This document shows positions 44,532 to 55,480 of a DNA stretch of 64,000 nucleotides, in pieces. Location of the stretch: positions 2,888 to 66,887 of the forward strand of contig JAMCQB010000049.1 of NCBI GenBank assembly GCA_023382175.1. The letters run 5' to 3'. Source of the DNA: Nitrospirota bacterium (GTDB lineage Bacteria; Nitrospirota; Thermodesulfovibrionia; Thermodesulfovibrionales; UBA9159). Position 1 is the stretch's first letter. Each line of letters begins with the position of its first letter. The translations under genes were made by a program, and so were the position numbers. The notes under the pieces were generated by a model. That model was not told the origin of the DNA. It saw nothing but the letters and a program-made list of their open reading frames with translations, and made no database searches.

Positions 44532-45476
44532 ATGAAGCGATACAAACCAGTCTCCCTGAAAAAGATCAGGACGTATCCCCTCGGCACGAGAAAAAGCAAA
44601 GTCGAGATTGGGCGCGCGGCTCTGCCCCACGAGCGGGGTGCATCATTCAGAAAATTTCTCAGCAATCTTCCGTCCTTTCTTGCTGCTTCTGACTTCAAGG
44701 CAGTAGTGGAGGCAGTGGTTAGGGCACGGAAAAATGACAGGCCTGTTGTCCTTGGCATGGGAGCTCATCCCATTAAAGTGGGGCTCTCCCCCGTTATCAT
44801 TGATCTCATGAAGAGGGGAATGATCACTGCTGTTGCTACTAACGGCGCCTGCATAATTCACGACTTCGAGATCTTCCTCTCGGGCAGGACATCAGAAGAT
44901 GTGGCCGCTGAACTTTGCACTGGCAAGTTCGGCATGGCGAGGGAGACGGGAAATGAAGTGAATAAGGCAATCAACGCGGGTGTCAGAAAAGGATACGGCA
45001 TCGGCCGGTCAGTGGGCGAATACATATTCAAGGGCAAGAACCGGCTCAGGGACAAGAGCATATTTTCCGAAGGTTTCAGGCTGGGGATCCCTGTGACCGC
45101 TCATATCGCATTAGGTACGGACATAATCCATATGCATCCCCAGGCAGACGGGGCAATGATAGGCCGGGGGAGCCTCAGGGATTTCAGGCTGCTGGCATCG
45201 GTCATCGCTGACCTTGAAGGAGGCGTTTATATCAATCTCGGTTCCGCAGTTATTATGCCTGAGGTATTCCTCAAGGCATTGACCGTAGCAAGGAATCTGG
45301 GCAACAAGGTGGAAGATATTACCACGGTGAACATGGATTTCATTCAGCATTACCGGCCAAGGGAGAACGTGCTTTGCAGACCCACCATGATGAAGGGCAG
45401 GTCGTATGCCCTCACGGGACATCACGAGATAATGTTCCCCCTTCTTGCAGCAGCGATTATTGAGGAGACAGGATGA
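44532..45476 (+). CDS. deoxyhypusine synthase-like family protein
   Basis: GMGAHPIKVGL.PVIIDLMKRGMITAVATNGACIIHD resembles the DHS-like G.AGA..P.G...II..LI..G.ID.LVTTGAN..HD pattern, recalled from memory only. Confidence 0.45.
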   Translation: MKRYKPVSLKKIRTYPLGTRKSKVEIGRAALPHERGASFRKFLSNLPSFLAASDFKAVVEAVVRARKNDRPVVLGMGAHPIKVGLSPVIIDLMKRGMITAVATNGACIIHDFEIFLSGRTSEDVAAELCTGKFGMARETGNEVNKAINAGVRKGYGIGRSVGEYIFKGKNRLRDKSIFSEGFRLGIPVTAHIALGTDIIHMHPQADGAMIGRGSLRDFRLLASVIADLEGGVYINLGSAVIMPEVFLKALTVARNLGNKVEDITTVNMDFIQHYRPRENVLCRPTMMKGRSYALTGHHEIMFPLLAAAIIEETG

Positions 45477-45667
45477 AGGTCATCGTGGATGTGGACAAGT
45501 GTATCGGCTGTGGCACCTGTCAGGAGATATGCCCGGCAGTATTTCACCTCAATGAGGTGATCGGCAAGGCAGAGGTGATCGACGCGGACGCGTGTGAATA
45601 TGTGGGCTGTTGCGAGGCTGCGGAAGAGAACTGCCCTGTCGAGGCGATCACTGCTGAAGAGGAGTAA
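45473..45667 (+). CDS. small 4Fe-4S ferredoxin
   Basis: CIGCGTCQEICP plus a distal C...CP. 64 aa. Confidence 0.8.
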   Translation: MKVIVDVDKCIGCGTCQEICPAVFHLNEVIGKAEVIDADACEYVGCCEAAEENCPVEAITAEEE

Positions 45668-45785
45668 TAGTAGCGTTTCCCCAGGTTTTCTGGCGGCTGT
45701 AGGGATAGGGAATCCGAAGAAATACCTGCACAGTCAGTGACTTGAGTCAGGTCAAAAAACTCTTTATTTTCCAGCGGGATTGTCC

Positions 45786-45815
45786 TTGACATGCCCTATT
45801 GGTAATTGCTAAAGT
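45786..45815 (+). promoter_or_regulatory. putative sigma70 promoter of rpsU
   Basis: TTGACA-N18-TAAAGT. Confidence 0.4.
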
Positions 45816-45882
45816 ATCTTACCTCCTGCGTTTGCAGGCAGAAAGAAGACAAAATCAAAAAGAGAGAGGAGGGGGTATATGG

Positions 45883-46080
45883 ATGCCCTCTATCAGGGTA
45901 CGGGAGAGTGACTCCTTCGAAAACGCGCTCAGGAAGTTTAAAAAGCAGTGTGAACGGGAAGGAATTCTCTCTGAGATAAAAAAGAGGGAGCATTACGAAA
46001 AGCCGAGCGTGAAGAAGAAAAAGAAGGCGCTTGCGGCGCGTAAGAAGGCTCTGAAAAAAGTCCGAACGATTGCGAGATAG
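45883..46080 (+). CDS. rpsU: 30S ribosomal protein S21
   Basis: [28 protein letters not shown]... is canonical S21. The start is set at ATG 45883. Confidence 0.9.
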   Translation: MPSIRVRESDSFENALRKFKKQCEREGILSEIKKREHYEKPSVKKKKKALAARKKALKKVRTIAR

Positions 46081-46081
46081 G

Positions 46082-46546
46082 ATGTCCCTGCTCAAGAGAT
46101 TCGACGATGATCTCAAGGAAGCGTTGAAGGCTTCTGAAAGCGCGAAGGTCTCTGTCCTGAGAATGGTGAAAGCTGCGGCGAAAAACAAGCAGATCGAAAA
46201 GGGCAGGGAACTGACGGATGATGAAATCGTTTCAGTCCTCTCCTCCATGGTGAAACAGGGGAGGGAATCCATAGAGCAATTCACAAAGGCCGGCAGAATG
46301 GACCTGGCCCGGAATGAAGAGCGGGAAGTCGCTATTCTTCAATCCTACATGCCTCAGCAGCTCAGCCATGAAGATCTTGACAGGATTATTTCCGATGCGA
46401 TACAAGAGGCGTCTGCAAGAACCCCTCAGGATATGGGGAAGGTGATGCGTATCCTGATGCCCAGGGTAAAGGGTGTGGCGGACGGGAAATATGTCAATCA
46501 GCGCGTAAAGGAGTTGCTGGAGTCCGGGGGCTCAACCCAGTCATAA
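46082..46546 (+). CDS. GatB/YqeY domain protein
   Basis: LKEALKA......LR......K........L.D.E....L....KQR..S pattern. The rpsU-yqeY linkage is conserved. Confidence 0.8.
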   Translation: MSLLKRFDDDLKEALKASESAKVSVLRMVKAAAKNKQIEKGRELTDDEIVSVLSSMVKQGRESIEQFTKAGRMDLARNEEREVAILQSYMPQQLSHEDLDRIISDAIQEASARTPQDMGKVMRILMPRVKGVADGKYVNQRVKELLESGGSTQS

Positions 46547-47511
46547 TGAAGCTGAGAGATTTCTTCGATACAGCCATCGCAATCGGCACAGAAAACGATC
46601 CGAGGGGAAAAGAGATTGTTGTCAAGGACCTTGAGGCGAGGAAAAAGGAGTTCAATGCCCTCAAGGAGGGCGAGGGGGAATTCTTTGACCAGGAGTCCCT
46701 GAAAAACCCTTACTCCGACTCGAGGATCCTGTACGGGACCGGTGAAGAGGAGGTCGGGAGTATCCTTGTGGGCATCGATGTCGAGGTGGGCGAGGTCCTC
46801 CTCTGCGAGAAGCTCAGAGAGAGGGGACTGAAGATCGACCTGCTTGTCTCTCATCATCCTGGGGGAAGGGCATACGCAAACCTGTACGACGTTATGAGGA
46901 TACAGTCAGATATCCTCCACAGATTCGGGGTGCCCATCAGCGTTGCCGAAGACCTCATGGACGGCAGGATAAGGGAAGTGGAGAGGAAGCTCATGCCGGT
47001 CAACCATACGAGGGCGGTGGATGCCGCGAAACTCCTCGGCATGCCCTTCATCTGTCTCCATACACCCTCCGACAATATGGTTGCTACCTACCTCCAGGGG
47101 ACCTTTGATGGAAAAGGCCCTTACACCGTGGCTGACGTGATGGATATCCTTAAGGCGATTCCGGAATACAGGGAAGCCTCCCGCATCGGCGCAGGACCGA
47201 AGGTCCTTCTGGGCTCCGGCACAAGGAAGGCGGGCAAGATATTTGTGGATATGACGGGCGGCACGGAGGGCTCGAAGGAGATATTCCAGAGCATGGCGTC
47301 CGGTGGGGTAAATACCATCGTGGCGATGCACCTGAGCGAAGAGCATCGCAAGGAAGCCGAAAAGAACCATCTCAACGTGGTGATCGCGGGACATATCTCC
47401 AGCGACAACCTTGGGATGAATCTCCTCCTGGATGAGCTCGGTAAGGCGGCCGGATCACCCCTTACCGTTTATGAGTGTTCTGGATTCAGACGCATCAGCA
47501 GAGCAGCGTAG
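46546..47511 (+). CDS. NIF3 (DUF34)-like metal-binding protein
   Basis: The HHPG motif, later conserved His and Asp residues, and the size. The assignment is tentative. Confidence 0.45.
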   Translation: MKLRDFFDTAIAIGTENDPRGKEIVVKDLEARKKEFNALKEGEGEFFDQESLKNPYSDSRILYGTGEEEVGSILVGIDVEVGEVLLCEKLRERGLKIDLLVSHHPGGRAYANLYDVMRIQSDILHRFGVPISVAEDLMDGRIREVERKLMPVNHTRAVDAAKLLGMPFICLHTPSDNMVATYLQGTFDGKGPYTVADVMDILKAIPEYREASRIGAGPKVLLGSGTRKAGKIFVDMTGGTEGSKEIFQSMASGGVNTIVAMHLSEEHRKEAEKNHLNVVIAGHISSDNLGMNLLLDELGKAAGSPLTVYECSGFRRISRAA

Positions 47512-47546
47512 TTACTACATATTCCGGTAGAGTCCCCTTTTTTTTT

Positions 47547-49256
47547 ATGAAGGATGAAAGGCTTCTTGAAGAGTTAAAGACAAGGCTCGATATAGTGGAT
47601 GTGATATCCGACTATGTTGAACTCAAGCGAGCAGGCCAGAACTACAAAGGCCTCTGTCCCTTCCATTCAGAGAAAACGCCTTCCTTTATGGTGAGCCCGG
47701 ACAAGCAGATTTTCCATTGTTTCGGTTGCGGTGTCGGCGGCAACGTTATCCATTTTGTGATAAAATACGAGAACCTGTCCTTCCCGGAGTCCCTGCGGTT
47801 TCTCGCCAAGAAGGCCGGTATCGACCTGAAGGAGTACCGCGTTCAGTCCGGAGATGACGGGCTGAGGGAAAAGCTCCTGGAGATACACGCGGTGGCTGCG
47901 CAGGTGTTTGCGGAAAACCTCAAGAAGTCAAAGACCGCATCTTCCTATCTCAAAAAAAGAGGATTGACGGAAGAAACGATTCATTCATTTTCCCTTGGAT
48001 ATGCATTAAAGGAGTGGCATCATCTTTCGAACTATCTGAAGGAGAAGGGGTTTCCCAGGGCCGCCCTTTCCCAGTCAGGCATTGTTTCCTCCGGCGAGAA
48101 AGGGATATACGATACCTTCAGAGACAGGATAATGTTCCCCATCGTTGACCTGCAGGGCGGTATTATTGCATTCGGAGGAAGGGTGATGGATGAGTCCCAG
48201 CCCAAGTATCTGAATTCGCCGGATACTCCGCTCTTTAAGAAAGGAGAAACCCTTTATGGTCTTGCCCACGCAAAGGACGGGGTGAGAAAGAAAGGGTACG
48301 CTGTTATTGTGGAGGGATATTTTGATGTCATTGTCTGCCATCACTATGGGTTTACAAATGCCATAGCTCCTCTCGGTACGGCGCTGACACCCGGACATCT
48401 TCAGCGGCTGAAGAGGTTCACCAAGAAGGCGGTCCTGGTCTTTGACGGAGATGAGGCGGGAAAGGCTGCGGCGAAGAGGTCCGTCCCCATTCTCCTTGAA
48501 CAGGGATTCACATCGAAGATACTCCTTCTGCCCACGGACGATGATCCTGATAGTTTTCTCAGGAAAAATGGCGAAAAACGGTTTGCCGACCTGGTCTCCG
48601 GAGCAGTGTCTCCCATAGATTTTGTGATGGCTGTTTCAAAGGGAGACCGAACCGAGATGGTTCATGAAGCCCTTCGGATAATCTCGTCCGCCGGGGATGT
48701 GATCATGAAGGAGGAGCTCGTCAGGGAACTCTCCGAAAAGACCGGCCTGAGGGAAACGATATTAAGGGAAGAGATGGAAGGGAGGGGGAAAAGGCCAAAA
48801 GGAAAAGCAGCGATCACCTCATCTCCCACTCCTTCTCCCCGCGGGTTCTGTTACGATGACGAACTCCTGTTATTAAGCGCCGTTATCGCATTTCCCGAAA
48901 AACTGGACCATATTTTGCAGACGGTAGCCATGGAGGAATTCAGTAATCCGACGGTCAGGCGTATATTGGAAAAACTCGGCACGGGAGGTCACGGGGAGAG
49001 CTTTGAATCCATACTTTCATCCCTTGGCGACGAAGAAAAGGCCCTGGTGACAAAGCTGACCTTCCATCCGGGATTCGATCATGAAGTGGTGGAAAGGAAT
49101 ATAGAGGACTGTGTGCGAAGTATGGCGGAGAGGAGATCTGCTGAACAGCGTAAGCAGCTCCATGAGCGGATCAGACAGGCCGAAAAAAAGGGGGATCAGG
49201 ATCTGCTTTACGCGCTGTTGAAGGAAAGACAGAGGTTGATAAAGGAGGCGCGGTGA
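47547..49256 (+). CDS. dnaG: DNA primase
   Basis: The zinc finger [11 protein letters not shown]...CFGCG and a TOPRIM domain (VEGYFD, FDGDEAG). The start is set at ATG 47547. Confidence 0.9.
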   Translation: MKDERLLEELKTRLDIVDVISDYVELKRAGQNYKGLCPFHSEKTPSFMVSPDKQIFHCFGCGVGGNVIHFVIKYENLSFPESLRFLAKKAGIDLKEYRVQSGDDGLREKLLEIHAVAAQVFAENLKKSKTASSYLKKRGLTEETIHSFSLGYALKEWHHLSNYLKEKGFPRAALSQSGIVSSGEKGIYDTFRDRIMFPIVDLQGGIIAFGGRVMDESQPKYLNSPDTPLFKKGETLYGLAHAKDGVRKKGYAVIVEGYFDVIVCHHYGFTNAIAPLGTALTPGHLQRLKRFTKKAVLVFDGDEAGKAAAKRSVPILLEQGFTSKILLLPTDDDPDSFLRKNGEKRFADLVSGAVSPIDFVMAVSKGDRTEMVHEALRIISSAGDVIMKEELVRELSEKTGLRETILREEMEGRGKRPKGKAAITSSPTPSPRGFCYDDELLLLSAVIAFPEKLDHILQTVAMEEFSNPTVRRILEKLGTGGHGESFESILSSLGDEEKALVTKLTFHPGFDHEVVERNIEDCVRSMAERRSAEQRKQLHERIRQAEKKGDQDLLYALLKERQRLIKEAR

Positions 49257-50869
49257 GGGAAGGGTTTGATTATTTTGAAGAACGGAACGACAAAGATGAT
49301 CTGGAATTCTTGAGAGAAGAGCCGCCGGAAGATGAGAAGATATTCCTGGATGGTGATGACGTCTATGAAGAGGTGGTGAAAGAGGAGCAGAAGGTTTCCC
49401 TTGCTGAGGGGGAATATGAACCGGTGAAGATGTACCTCAAGGAGATGGGCACGATTCCCCTCTTGACCAAGGAGGGAGAGATTGAGCTTGCCAAACGGAT
49501 AGAAAGGGGGAGAGAGAAGATGACCCGGGCGATCTTTTCTCCCCCCTTTGCGATAAAGAAGCTCATAGACCTCGGTGATCTGGTAAAAAAAGGAGAGGCT
49601 CCCATTGCAGAGATCGTGCAGGACGAAGGGGACTCTGACGAATCCCTTACAGATGAAGGGGCAAGGATTTGTGCAATCACTGATGAGATAAGGGCGCTCT
49701 ACGAGAAGTGGATCAGGAATAAGAACAAATTATCGAAAGCGATGGAAGAAGAAATTCGCCCTGGCAAGCTGGGAAAAACGAAGGGGGCGAGAACAAAGGC
49801 AAAGAATAAGAAAGATGGCAGGGCAGGCAAACGTCAGGCCACAGAGAAATCAGGAAAAAGCGAAGCAGAGGAATCCGAGAAGGCGCGATATATGAAATTG
49901 ATTGAAAATTATAGGGAGAAGATCCTGGAGAAGGTCAGGGACCTGAGGCTGAGAGATGATGTAATGTATGCCTTTTCTGAGCAATGGGAAAGAGCGATAC
50001 AGAAGGGGGAAGAGATTAAGAGGAAGACAACGAAGGACGCTGATTCCTTAACAAAGAGAAAGGAATGTGAACGCTCCATCGGCACGTACGCCGAGATGAA
50101 AAAACGCCTGAAAATTTTTACTGAAGGCAGGGCGGAAATATCGGAGGCGAAGCGCGGGATGATCGAGGCCAATCTCAGGCTTGTGATCAGCATCGCAAAG
50201 CGGTATATCGGGAAGGGTCTCAGTTTCCCTGACCTCATTCAGGAGGGGAACATCGGGTTGATGAAGGCGGTGGACAAGTTCGAGTACCGGAGAGGATACA
50301 AGTTCAGCACCTATGCCACGTGGTGGATCAGGCAGTCCATTACCAGGGCCCTTGCCGATCAGTCGCGGACCATCCGGATTCCGGTGCACATGGTGGAAAT
50401 CATCAGCCGCATCTCAAAGGCCACAAGAGAACTTGTCCAGGAGCTGGGGGATGAACCGTCAGCAGAGGATATCGCTTCCCGGGTGAGCATGCCCGTGGAT
50501 AAGGTGAAGGCGATTCTGAAGATCACCAAGGAGCCCATATCCCTCGAGACCCCCATAGGAGAGGAGGAGGACAGTCATCTCCAGGATTTCATTGAAGACA
50601 AGGCCACTCTGTCCCCCCTTGATATCGCCATCAACGATGACCTCAAGATGCAGATCGAAAAGGTACTCTGCACCCTGAACCCCAAGGAAGCGAAGATCAT
50701 CAAGAGGAGGTTCGGCATCGGTGAAGATGCCCCCCACACCCTTGAGGAGCTGGGCCAGGAATTTGATGTCACACGGGAGAGAATCAGGCAGATAGAGGTC
50801 AAGGCGATCAGGAAACTGAAACACCCTGCCCGCAGTAAGTGGCTGAGGACGTTTATCGAAAGTCCTTGA
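49253..50869 (+). CDS. rpoD: RNA polymerase sigma factor RpoD
   Basis: Region 2 is [12 protein letters not shown]...[33 protein letters not shown]. Region 4 is [17 protein letters not shown]. Confidence 0.95.
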   Translation: MREGFDYFEERNDKDDLEFLREEPPEDEKIFLDGDDVYEEVVKEEQKVSLAEGEYEPVKMYLKEMGTIPLLTKEGEIELAKRIERGREKMTRAIFSPPFAIKKLIDLGDLVKKGEAPIAEIVQDEGDSDESLTDEGARICAITDEIRALYEKWIRNKNKLSKAMEEEIRPGKLGKTKGARTKAKNKKDGRAGKRQATEKSGKSEAEESEKARYMKLIENYREKILEKVRDLRLRDDVMYAFSEQWERAIQKGEEIKRKTTKDADSLTKRKECERSIGTYAEMKKRLKIFTEGRAEISEAKRGMIEANLRLVISIAKRYIGKGLSFPDLIQEGNIGLMKAVDKFEYRRGYKFSTYATWWIRQSITRALADQSRTIRIPVHMVEIISRISKATRELVQELGDEPSAEDIASRVSMPVDKVKAILKITKEPISLETPIGEEEDSHLQDFIEDKATLSPLDIAINDDLKMQIEKVLCTLNPKEAKIIKRRFGIGEDAPHTLEELGQEFDVTRERIRQIEVKAIRKLKHPARSKWLRTFIESP

Positions 50870-50987
50870 CCGAGAGAGCGTAACAAGTTTATAGTAACAG
50901 GCTACGAGAGAGAAACATGAGGGAGTAACAAGGCCCATTCTCCGCGCTTCGCGCAATACGCGTCGCTTGTTCTTGTTACTGCATGAA

Positions 50988-51060
50988 GGGCCCATAGCTC
51001 AGCTGGTAGAGCTACCGGCTCATAACCGGTTGGTCCCAGGTTCGAGTCCTGGTGGGCCCA
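50988..51060 (+). tRNA. tRNA-Met (anticodon CAT; elongator Met versus Ile2-lysidine not distinguishable here), no encoded CCA
   Basis: A cloverleaf is readable by eye: acceptor GGGCCCA/TGGGCCC, D arm GCTC-AGCTGGTA-GAGC, anticodon arm ACCGG-CTCATAA-CCGGT, and T arm CCAGG-TTCGAGT-CCTGG. Confidence 0.9.
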
Positions 51061-51079
51061 CTCACAAAGGGGAGGGTAT

Positions 51080-51793
51080 GTGATAGAAGACCTGAAACTT
51101 CTCATAGAACTGCAAGGAACAGATACGGTCATCATCGAGAAATCCGACATTATCGAAACCATTCCGGGCAGGGTCACCTCTGTTGAGCAGCCGCTGAAAG
51201 ATGCCCGGGGAGTGTATGACAGGGCGAAACAGAAGCTTGACGGCCTTGTAAGGAAGAAGAAGGACAGGGAACAGCACCTGGAAGATATCAACGAAAAAAT
51301 AAAGAAGCTCAAGGCGCGTATATCGGATATAAAGACCAACAAGGAATACCAGGCACATCTGAAAGAGATCGAGTCGGCGGAAAAGGACCAGCGTGCGGTG
51401 GAGGATGAGGTTCTCGCGGTGATGGAGGCGCTCGATACCACACAAAAAGAGGTGAAAGCCCTTGAGGTGAAGGTGAAGGCTGAAGAGGAGAAGATCAATG
51501 CCTTCAAGAAGAAACTCCAGGAAGACGTTGCGGCCATAGAGAAGGAGATCGATGATCTCAGACTTCGGAGAGAGGGCTATGTAAGAGCCCTGGACAGGGA
51601 AGTTTACAGTATGTATACCAAGCTCTTTGAAGCAAGAAGGGGTCTCGCCGTAGTGGAAACCAGGGGCGAGGTGTGTCGGGGATGCAATATGAACATCCCT
51701 CCGCAGCTCTTTGTGGAGATAAAGAAGAACGAAAAGATTATTCAGTGCCCTCAGTGTAACAGGATTCTCTACTGGAAAGCGGAGACAGTCTAA
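51080..51793 (+). CDS. coiled-coil protein with C-terminal C4 zinc ribbon (zf-RING_7/DUF164-like)
   Basis: A long coiled coil followed by CRGC...CPQC at the C-terminus. Confidence 0.6.
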   Translation: MIEDLKLLIELQGTDTVIIEKSDIIETIPGRVTSVEQPLKDARGVYDRAKQKLDGLVRKKKDREQHLEDINEKIKKLKARISDIKTNKEYQAHLKEIESAEKDQRAVEDEVLAVMEALDTTQKEVKALEVKVKAEEEKINAFKKKLQEDVAAIEKEIDDLRLRREGYVRALDREVYSMYTKLFEARRGLAVVETRGEVCRGCNMNIPPQLFVEIKKNEKIIQCPQCNRILYWKAETV

Positions 51794-51912
51794 GGGGGCG
51801 GTAAGCCTTCTGCACGCCCAACAATAAGAGGGGAGGAAAGCACATCCACGCTGTGGGGACACTGCGGGTAGTTGACTTATTAAAATTATAATTATTAAAA
51901 TAAGAAAAACTA

Positions 51913-52827
51913 ATGGTTATGGAAGATCACAAACTTAAAGTCTTCTGCACAGTCGCTGATACAAAGAGCTTCTCAAAAGCATCGGAGATCATTCATCTCA
52001 CTCAGCCTGCAGTCAGTTTGCAGATACAGGCCCTTGAGGAGTTGTACGAGACGAAACTCTTCGACAGGTCGTCAAGCACGGTAGCCCTTACCCCCGCGGG
52101 TGAAATCCTCTACAAATATGCAAAGGAGATACTTGCCCTCTATTCGGCCGCAGAGAAGAATATCGGAGAGCTGACGGGTCTCGTGAAGGGAAGCATCAGC
52201 GTGGGCGCCAGCACCACCATCGGGAATCATCTCATACCCACGGTCATTGCCGACTTTCGGAAAACCCATCCCAAGATAAAAATCCATCTGTCGGTAGGGA
52301 ATACGAAACGGATTGTGGAGCTCCTGAATTCCGGAAATATCGACATCGGTCTAGTGGAGGGTGACGTGGCGCGTCAGAAACTCATTGTGGAAAAACTCAT
52401 CTCTGATGAGCTTGTGGTCATTGTTCCGCCCCTCCACCCCTGGGCAAAGAAAAAAGAGATTTCCATTTATGACGTAACAAAGGAACCGTTTGTCCTGAGG
52501 GAAGAGGGTTCAGGGACTCGCCAGATCCTGGAGAAGTATCTCAACAAGCACGGCATAAGCACCCATGACATGAAGGCCTCCATGATGCTGGGAAGCACAG
52601 AGGCGATCAAAGAGGCCGTGGAGAGCGGCATCGGCATCTCCATTGTATCACGATGGGCAGCGAGGAAGGAGAACAAGTACGGAAGTCTCAAGCTCGTGAG
52701 CCTCAAAGAGGAAAAATTCGTTCGGGACTTCTCCCTGATATTCCATAAAAACGCCATCGCTTCCCATGCGGTGGATGAGTTCCTTACCTATCTTAAGAGT
52801 TACCCCTTCGAGAAGCTCATCTCATAA
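51913..52827 (+). CDS. LysR family transcriptional regulator
   Basis: N-terminal wHTH (FSKASEIIHLTQPAVSLQIQALE) and a LysR substrate-binding domain. Confidence 0.85.
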   Translation: MVMEDHKLKVFCTVADTKSFSKASEIIHLTQPAVSLQIQALEELYETKLFDRSSSTVALTPAGEILYKYAKEILALYSAAEKNIGELTGLVKGSISVGASTTIGNHLIPTVIADFRKTHPKIKIHLSVGNTKRIVELLNSGNIDIGLVEGDVARQKLIVEKLISDELVVIVPPLHPWAKKKEISIYDVTKEPFVLREEGSGTRQILEKYLNKHGISTHDMKASMMLGSTEAIKEAVESGIGISIVSRWAARKENKYGSLKLVSLKEEKFVRDFSLIFHKNAIASHAVDEFLTYLKSYPFEKLIS

Positions 52828-52842
52828 CGAACTGATTCTGCG

Positions 52843-53838
52843 CTAGCCTGCAACCAGATAGAGCAGTTTGCATATTGCCCATGCGAGGAGAGCGCATGCA
52901 GGCAAGGTGAGAATCCATGCCATGATGATATTTCCCCCGATCCCCCACCGGACTGCTGAAAGCCTCTTGGAAGCGCCTACCCCCATGATGGTGGATGAAA
53001 TGATATGGGTGGTGGAAAGGGGGAGGCCGATCCTGGACGCGATCTCTATAATGGTGGCCGCGGAGGTCTCGGCCGCGAATCCGTTAATAGGCCTGAGGTG
53101 GACGAGACGCACCCCAAGGGTCTTTATGATCCTCCATCCTCCTGCTGCTGTGCCGAAGGCCATTGCTGTGGCGCAGAGGACGATTACCCATGTGGGGACA
53201 TGGAAGTCGGGCAGTGCGCCATAACTCACGAGCGCCATGGTGATAATGCCCATGGTTTTCTGGGCGTCGTTGTTGCCGTGGCTGAAGGCCATATAGGCTG
53301 CAGAGACGATCTGGAGTCTTCCAAATAAATTACTCACCAGGGAAGGCGCTGCCCTCCTGAACAACCAGATGAGAAAGAGCATGAGGAGAAATCCGAGGAT
53401 TATCCCGAGAACAGGGGAAACGATCAGTCCGATGAGCACCTTGTAAACCCCTTTCTGGAGAATGACGCCGGTGCCGGCGGTGGCGATCGCAGCGCCCACA
53501 ATGCTTGAGAGAATTGCATGACTTGAAGAGGTGGGAAGACCGAAGTACCACGTAATGATATCCCATGTAATGGCAGAGATGAGGGCGGCAACCACGGTTA
53601 CCTGCGTGACGGAGGCAGCATCTACAAGGCCAACCCCCACTGTTTTGGCAACTGCAGTCCCCGAGAGGGCTCCCACCATGTTCAGTATCGCCGCCATAAG
53701 CACCGCTATCTTTGGAGTCAGTACCCGGGTGGATACGGACGTGGCAATGGCGTTGGCGGTATCGTGAAAACCGTTGATAAAATCGAAAAGCGTTGCCAGG
53801 ATTATAACGCAGACGAGCAAAAAAAAGGTGTCATGCAT
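52843..53838 (-). CDS. pit: inorganic phosphate transporter, PiT family
   Basis: Duplicated GFHDTANAIATSV / GNNDAQKTMG motifs in a polytopic protein. Confidence 0.9.
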   Translation of the reverse strand: MHDTFFLLVCVIILATLFDFINGFHDTANAIATSVSTRVLTPKIAVLMAAILNMVGALSGTAVAKTVGVGLVDAASVTQVTVVAALISAITWDIITWYFGLPTSSSHAILSSIVGAAIATAGTGVILQKGVYKVLIGLIVSPVLGIILGFLLMLFLIWLFRRAAPSLVSNLFGRLQIVSAAYMAFSHGNNDAQKTMGIITMALVSYGALPDFHVPTWVIVLCATAMAFGTAAGGWRIIKTLGVRLVHLRPINGFAAETSAATIIEIASRIGLPLSTTHIISSTIMGVGASKRLSAVRWGIGGNIIMAWILTLPACALLAWAICKLLYLVAG

Positions 53839-54448
53839 TTTTGAGGACTATGCCTTCTAGGACATTTGCGACATCCTCGCATCTGTCCGATGCATCTTCG
53901 AGGTGCTCGTAGATTTCTTTCCACTTGATGATCAGCAGGGGGTCTTTTATATCATCGAAGAGCTTTCCCAGGGCATCCCTGAAGGTCCTGTCAATCCTGT
54001 TTTCGAGGCGGTTTATCTCGATGCAGTGTTCCTGGACATGGGAGTAATTTTTTGCCCGCAGCTCCTTAATGGTCTTCTGGAGGACTTCGGTTGTCCGGTG
54101 AAGGTCCTTTGCCAGTTCCACCGCCTCCTGCGTGGGCTCAGCTATCCTAAAGACGATCATCCTGTCCACACCGCCCCAGACAAGGTCAAGGATATCGTCC
54201 ATCCGCGATGCAAGGGCATGGATATCCTCCCTGTCAATGGGAGTGATAAAGGTCCTGTTCAGCTTTTTCATGATGTCGTGGGTGAGCATGTCACCGTCCT
54301 GTTCAACTTCATAGATCTCCTTTGCCCGTGCTTCAAGGTTGTCAAAGTTTTCCATGAGGGAAACGAGAAGGGAGGTGGCCTTTGTAAGATTGGAAGCCGC
54401 CTTGTCGAATATTTCGAAAAAATCGATCTCTTTGGGAAAGATTCTCAT
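53831..54448 (-). CDS. DUF47 (PhoU-like) Pit accessory protein
   Basis: FF..F...A.N pattern, the E..GD.....I..L...FITPIDRED motif, and its overlap with the pit gene. Confidence 0.8.
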   Translation of the reverse strand: MRIFPKEIDFFEIFDKAASNLTKATSLLVSLMENFDNLEARAKEIYEVEQDGDMLTHDIMKKLNRTFITPIDREDIHALASRMDDILDLVWGGVDRMIVFRIAEPTQEAVELAKDLHRTTEVLQKTIKELRAKNYSHVQEHCIEINRLENRIDRTFRDALGKLFDDIKDPLLIIKWKEIYEHLEDASDRCEDVANVLEGIVLKNA

Positions 54449-54518
54449 TCCGAATGTCTAAGATATACGAAACTCGGGATAAAGTCAATTGAACTCTTTT
54501 CATGGTATAATTTCTCCC

Positions 54519-55409
54519 ATGCAGGTATATCTGAACAATAAACTCGTCCCGCGGGCCGAGGCGCTGGTCTCCGTTTTCGATCACGGCTTCTTATATGGCG
54601 ATGGCGTCTATGAAACCATGAGGGCATACGACGGCGTGGTCTTCATGCTGGACGAGCACCTTATGAGACTTTATCGCTCTGCTTCTCTTATAGGCCTCAC
54701 GGTCCCGCCGGATATGAACCAGCTTAAGAATGCGGTGTATGAAACCATGGGCGCAAATTCCCTGAAGAACGCCTATGTGAGACTGACTGTCTCCCGGGGG
54801 TACGGACCCATCGGGCTCGACCCGGATCTCTGCGAGGTTCCGACCTTTGTTATTATCGTTGAGGAGATGAAGGATTATCCGAAAACTTATTATGAGCAGG
54901 GGATATCTGCGATCATATCCGGGACGAAGCGGAACCTGAGAGATGCCATAAACCCACAGATCAAATCCCTGAATTTTCTGAACAATATCCTCGCGAAGAT
55001 CGAGGCGAAGAAAGCGGGCGCCTATGAGGCTATCATGATGAATGCTGCCGGTCACGTCACTGAAGGTACCATCAGCAATGTATTCTTCTGCACTGACGAC
55101 GTTCTCTGCACACCATCTGTCGGATGCGGGATCCTTGACGGCATCACGAGGAATATCGTTCTTGGCCTTGCGGTGAGGGAGGGGTTGACGGTGCGGGAGG
55201 GCGAGTTCACGAAGGATGACCTCTATGGAGCGAAGGAGGTTTTTATCACCAACACCACCATGGAGGTGATGCCGGTGAGGCAGGTTGACGCGGTCCGGTA
55301 CGGTGTGGGAGAGGTGGCAAAAATCCTGCATAAGGTCTACCGGGGGGAAGTCAGGGCGTATGTAACGAATGTGAAAGGCAGTGGCCCCTCGCTCTGGGGA
55401 TACGAATGA
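54519..55409 (+). CDS. ilvE: class IV aminotransferase (branched-chain amino acid aminotransferase / ADC lyase family)
   Basis: DHGFLYGDGVYE, a K-containing IKSLNFLNN and EGT.SNVF motifs. The start is ATG 54519 (7 nt after a TATAAT) or TTG 54489. Confidence 0.75.
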   Translation: MQVYLNNKLVPRAEALVSVFDHGFLYGDGVYETMRAYDGVVFMLDEHLMRLYRSASLIGLTVPPDMNQLKNAVYETMGANSLKNAYVRLTVSRGYGPIGLDPDLCEVPTFVIIVEEMKDYPKTYYEQGISAIISGTKRNLRDAINPQIKSLNFLNNILAKIEAKKAGAYEAIMMNAAGHVTEGTISNVFFCTDDVLCTPSVGCGILDGITRNIVLGLAVREGLTVREGEFTKDDLYGAKEVFITNTTMEVMPVRQVDAVRYGVGEVAKILHKVYRGEVRAYVTNVKGSGPSLWGYE

Positions 55410-55480
55410 GAATTCAGAGTGACTGGGAAGGATTCAAGGGGTCAAGAATTCAAGTGAACCTGCTTGAATCCCGGGACTCG

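Noticed and set aside
50870-50987. Repeated GTAACA/TGTTAC motifs upstream of tRNA-Met
   Set aside because: The core is TGTTAC rather than TGTAAC and it is not phased at 11 bp. It is probably an unrelated inverted repeat or promoter region.
50902-51862. Minus-strand ORFs of 211 and 266 aa
   Set aside because: They are antisense to the zinc-ribbon coiled-coil gene and run through the tRNA-Met gene. Their Ser/Phe-rich composition is typical of the shadow of a Glu/Lys-rich gene.
54449-54518. Possible Pho box upstream of the DUF47-pit operon
   Set aside because: Only a TATCTT-like -10 is seen on the minus strand. The upstream heptamers do not match the consensus or the 11-bp phase.
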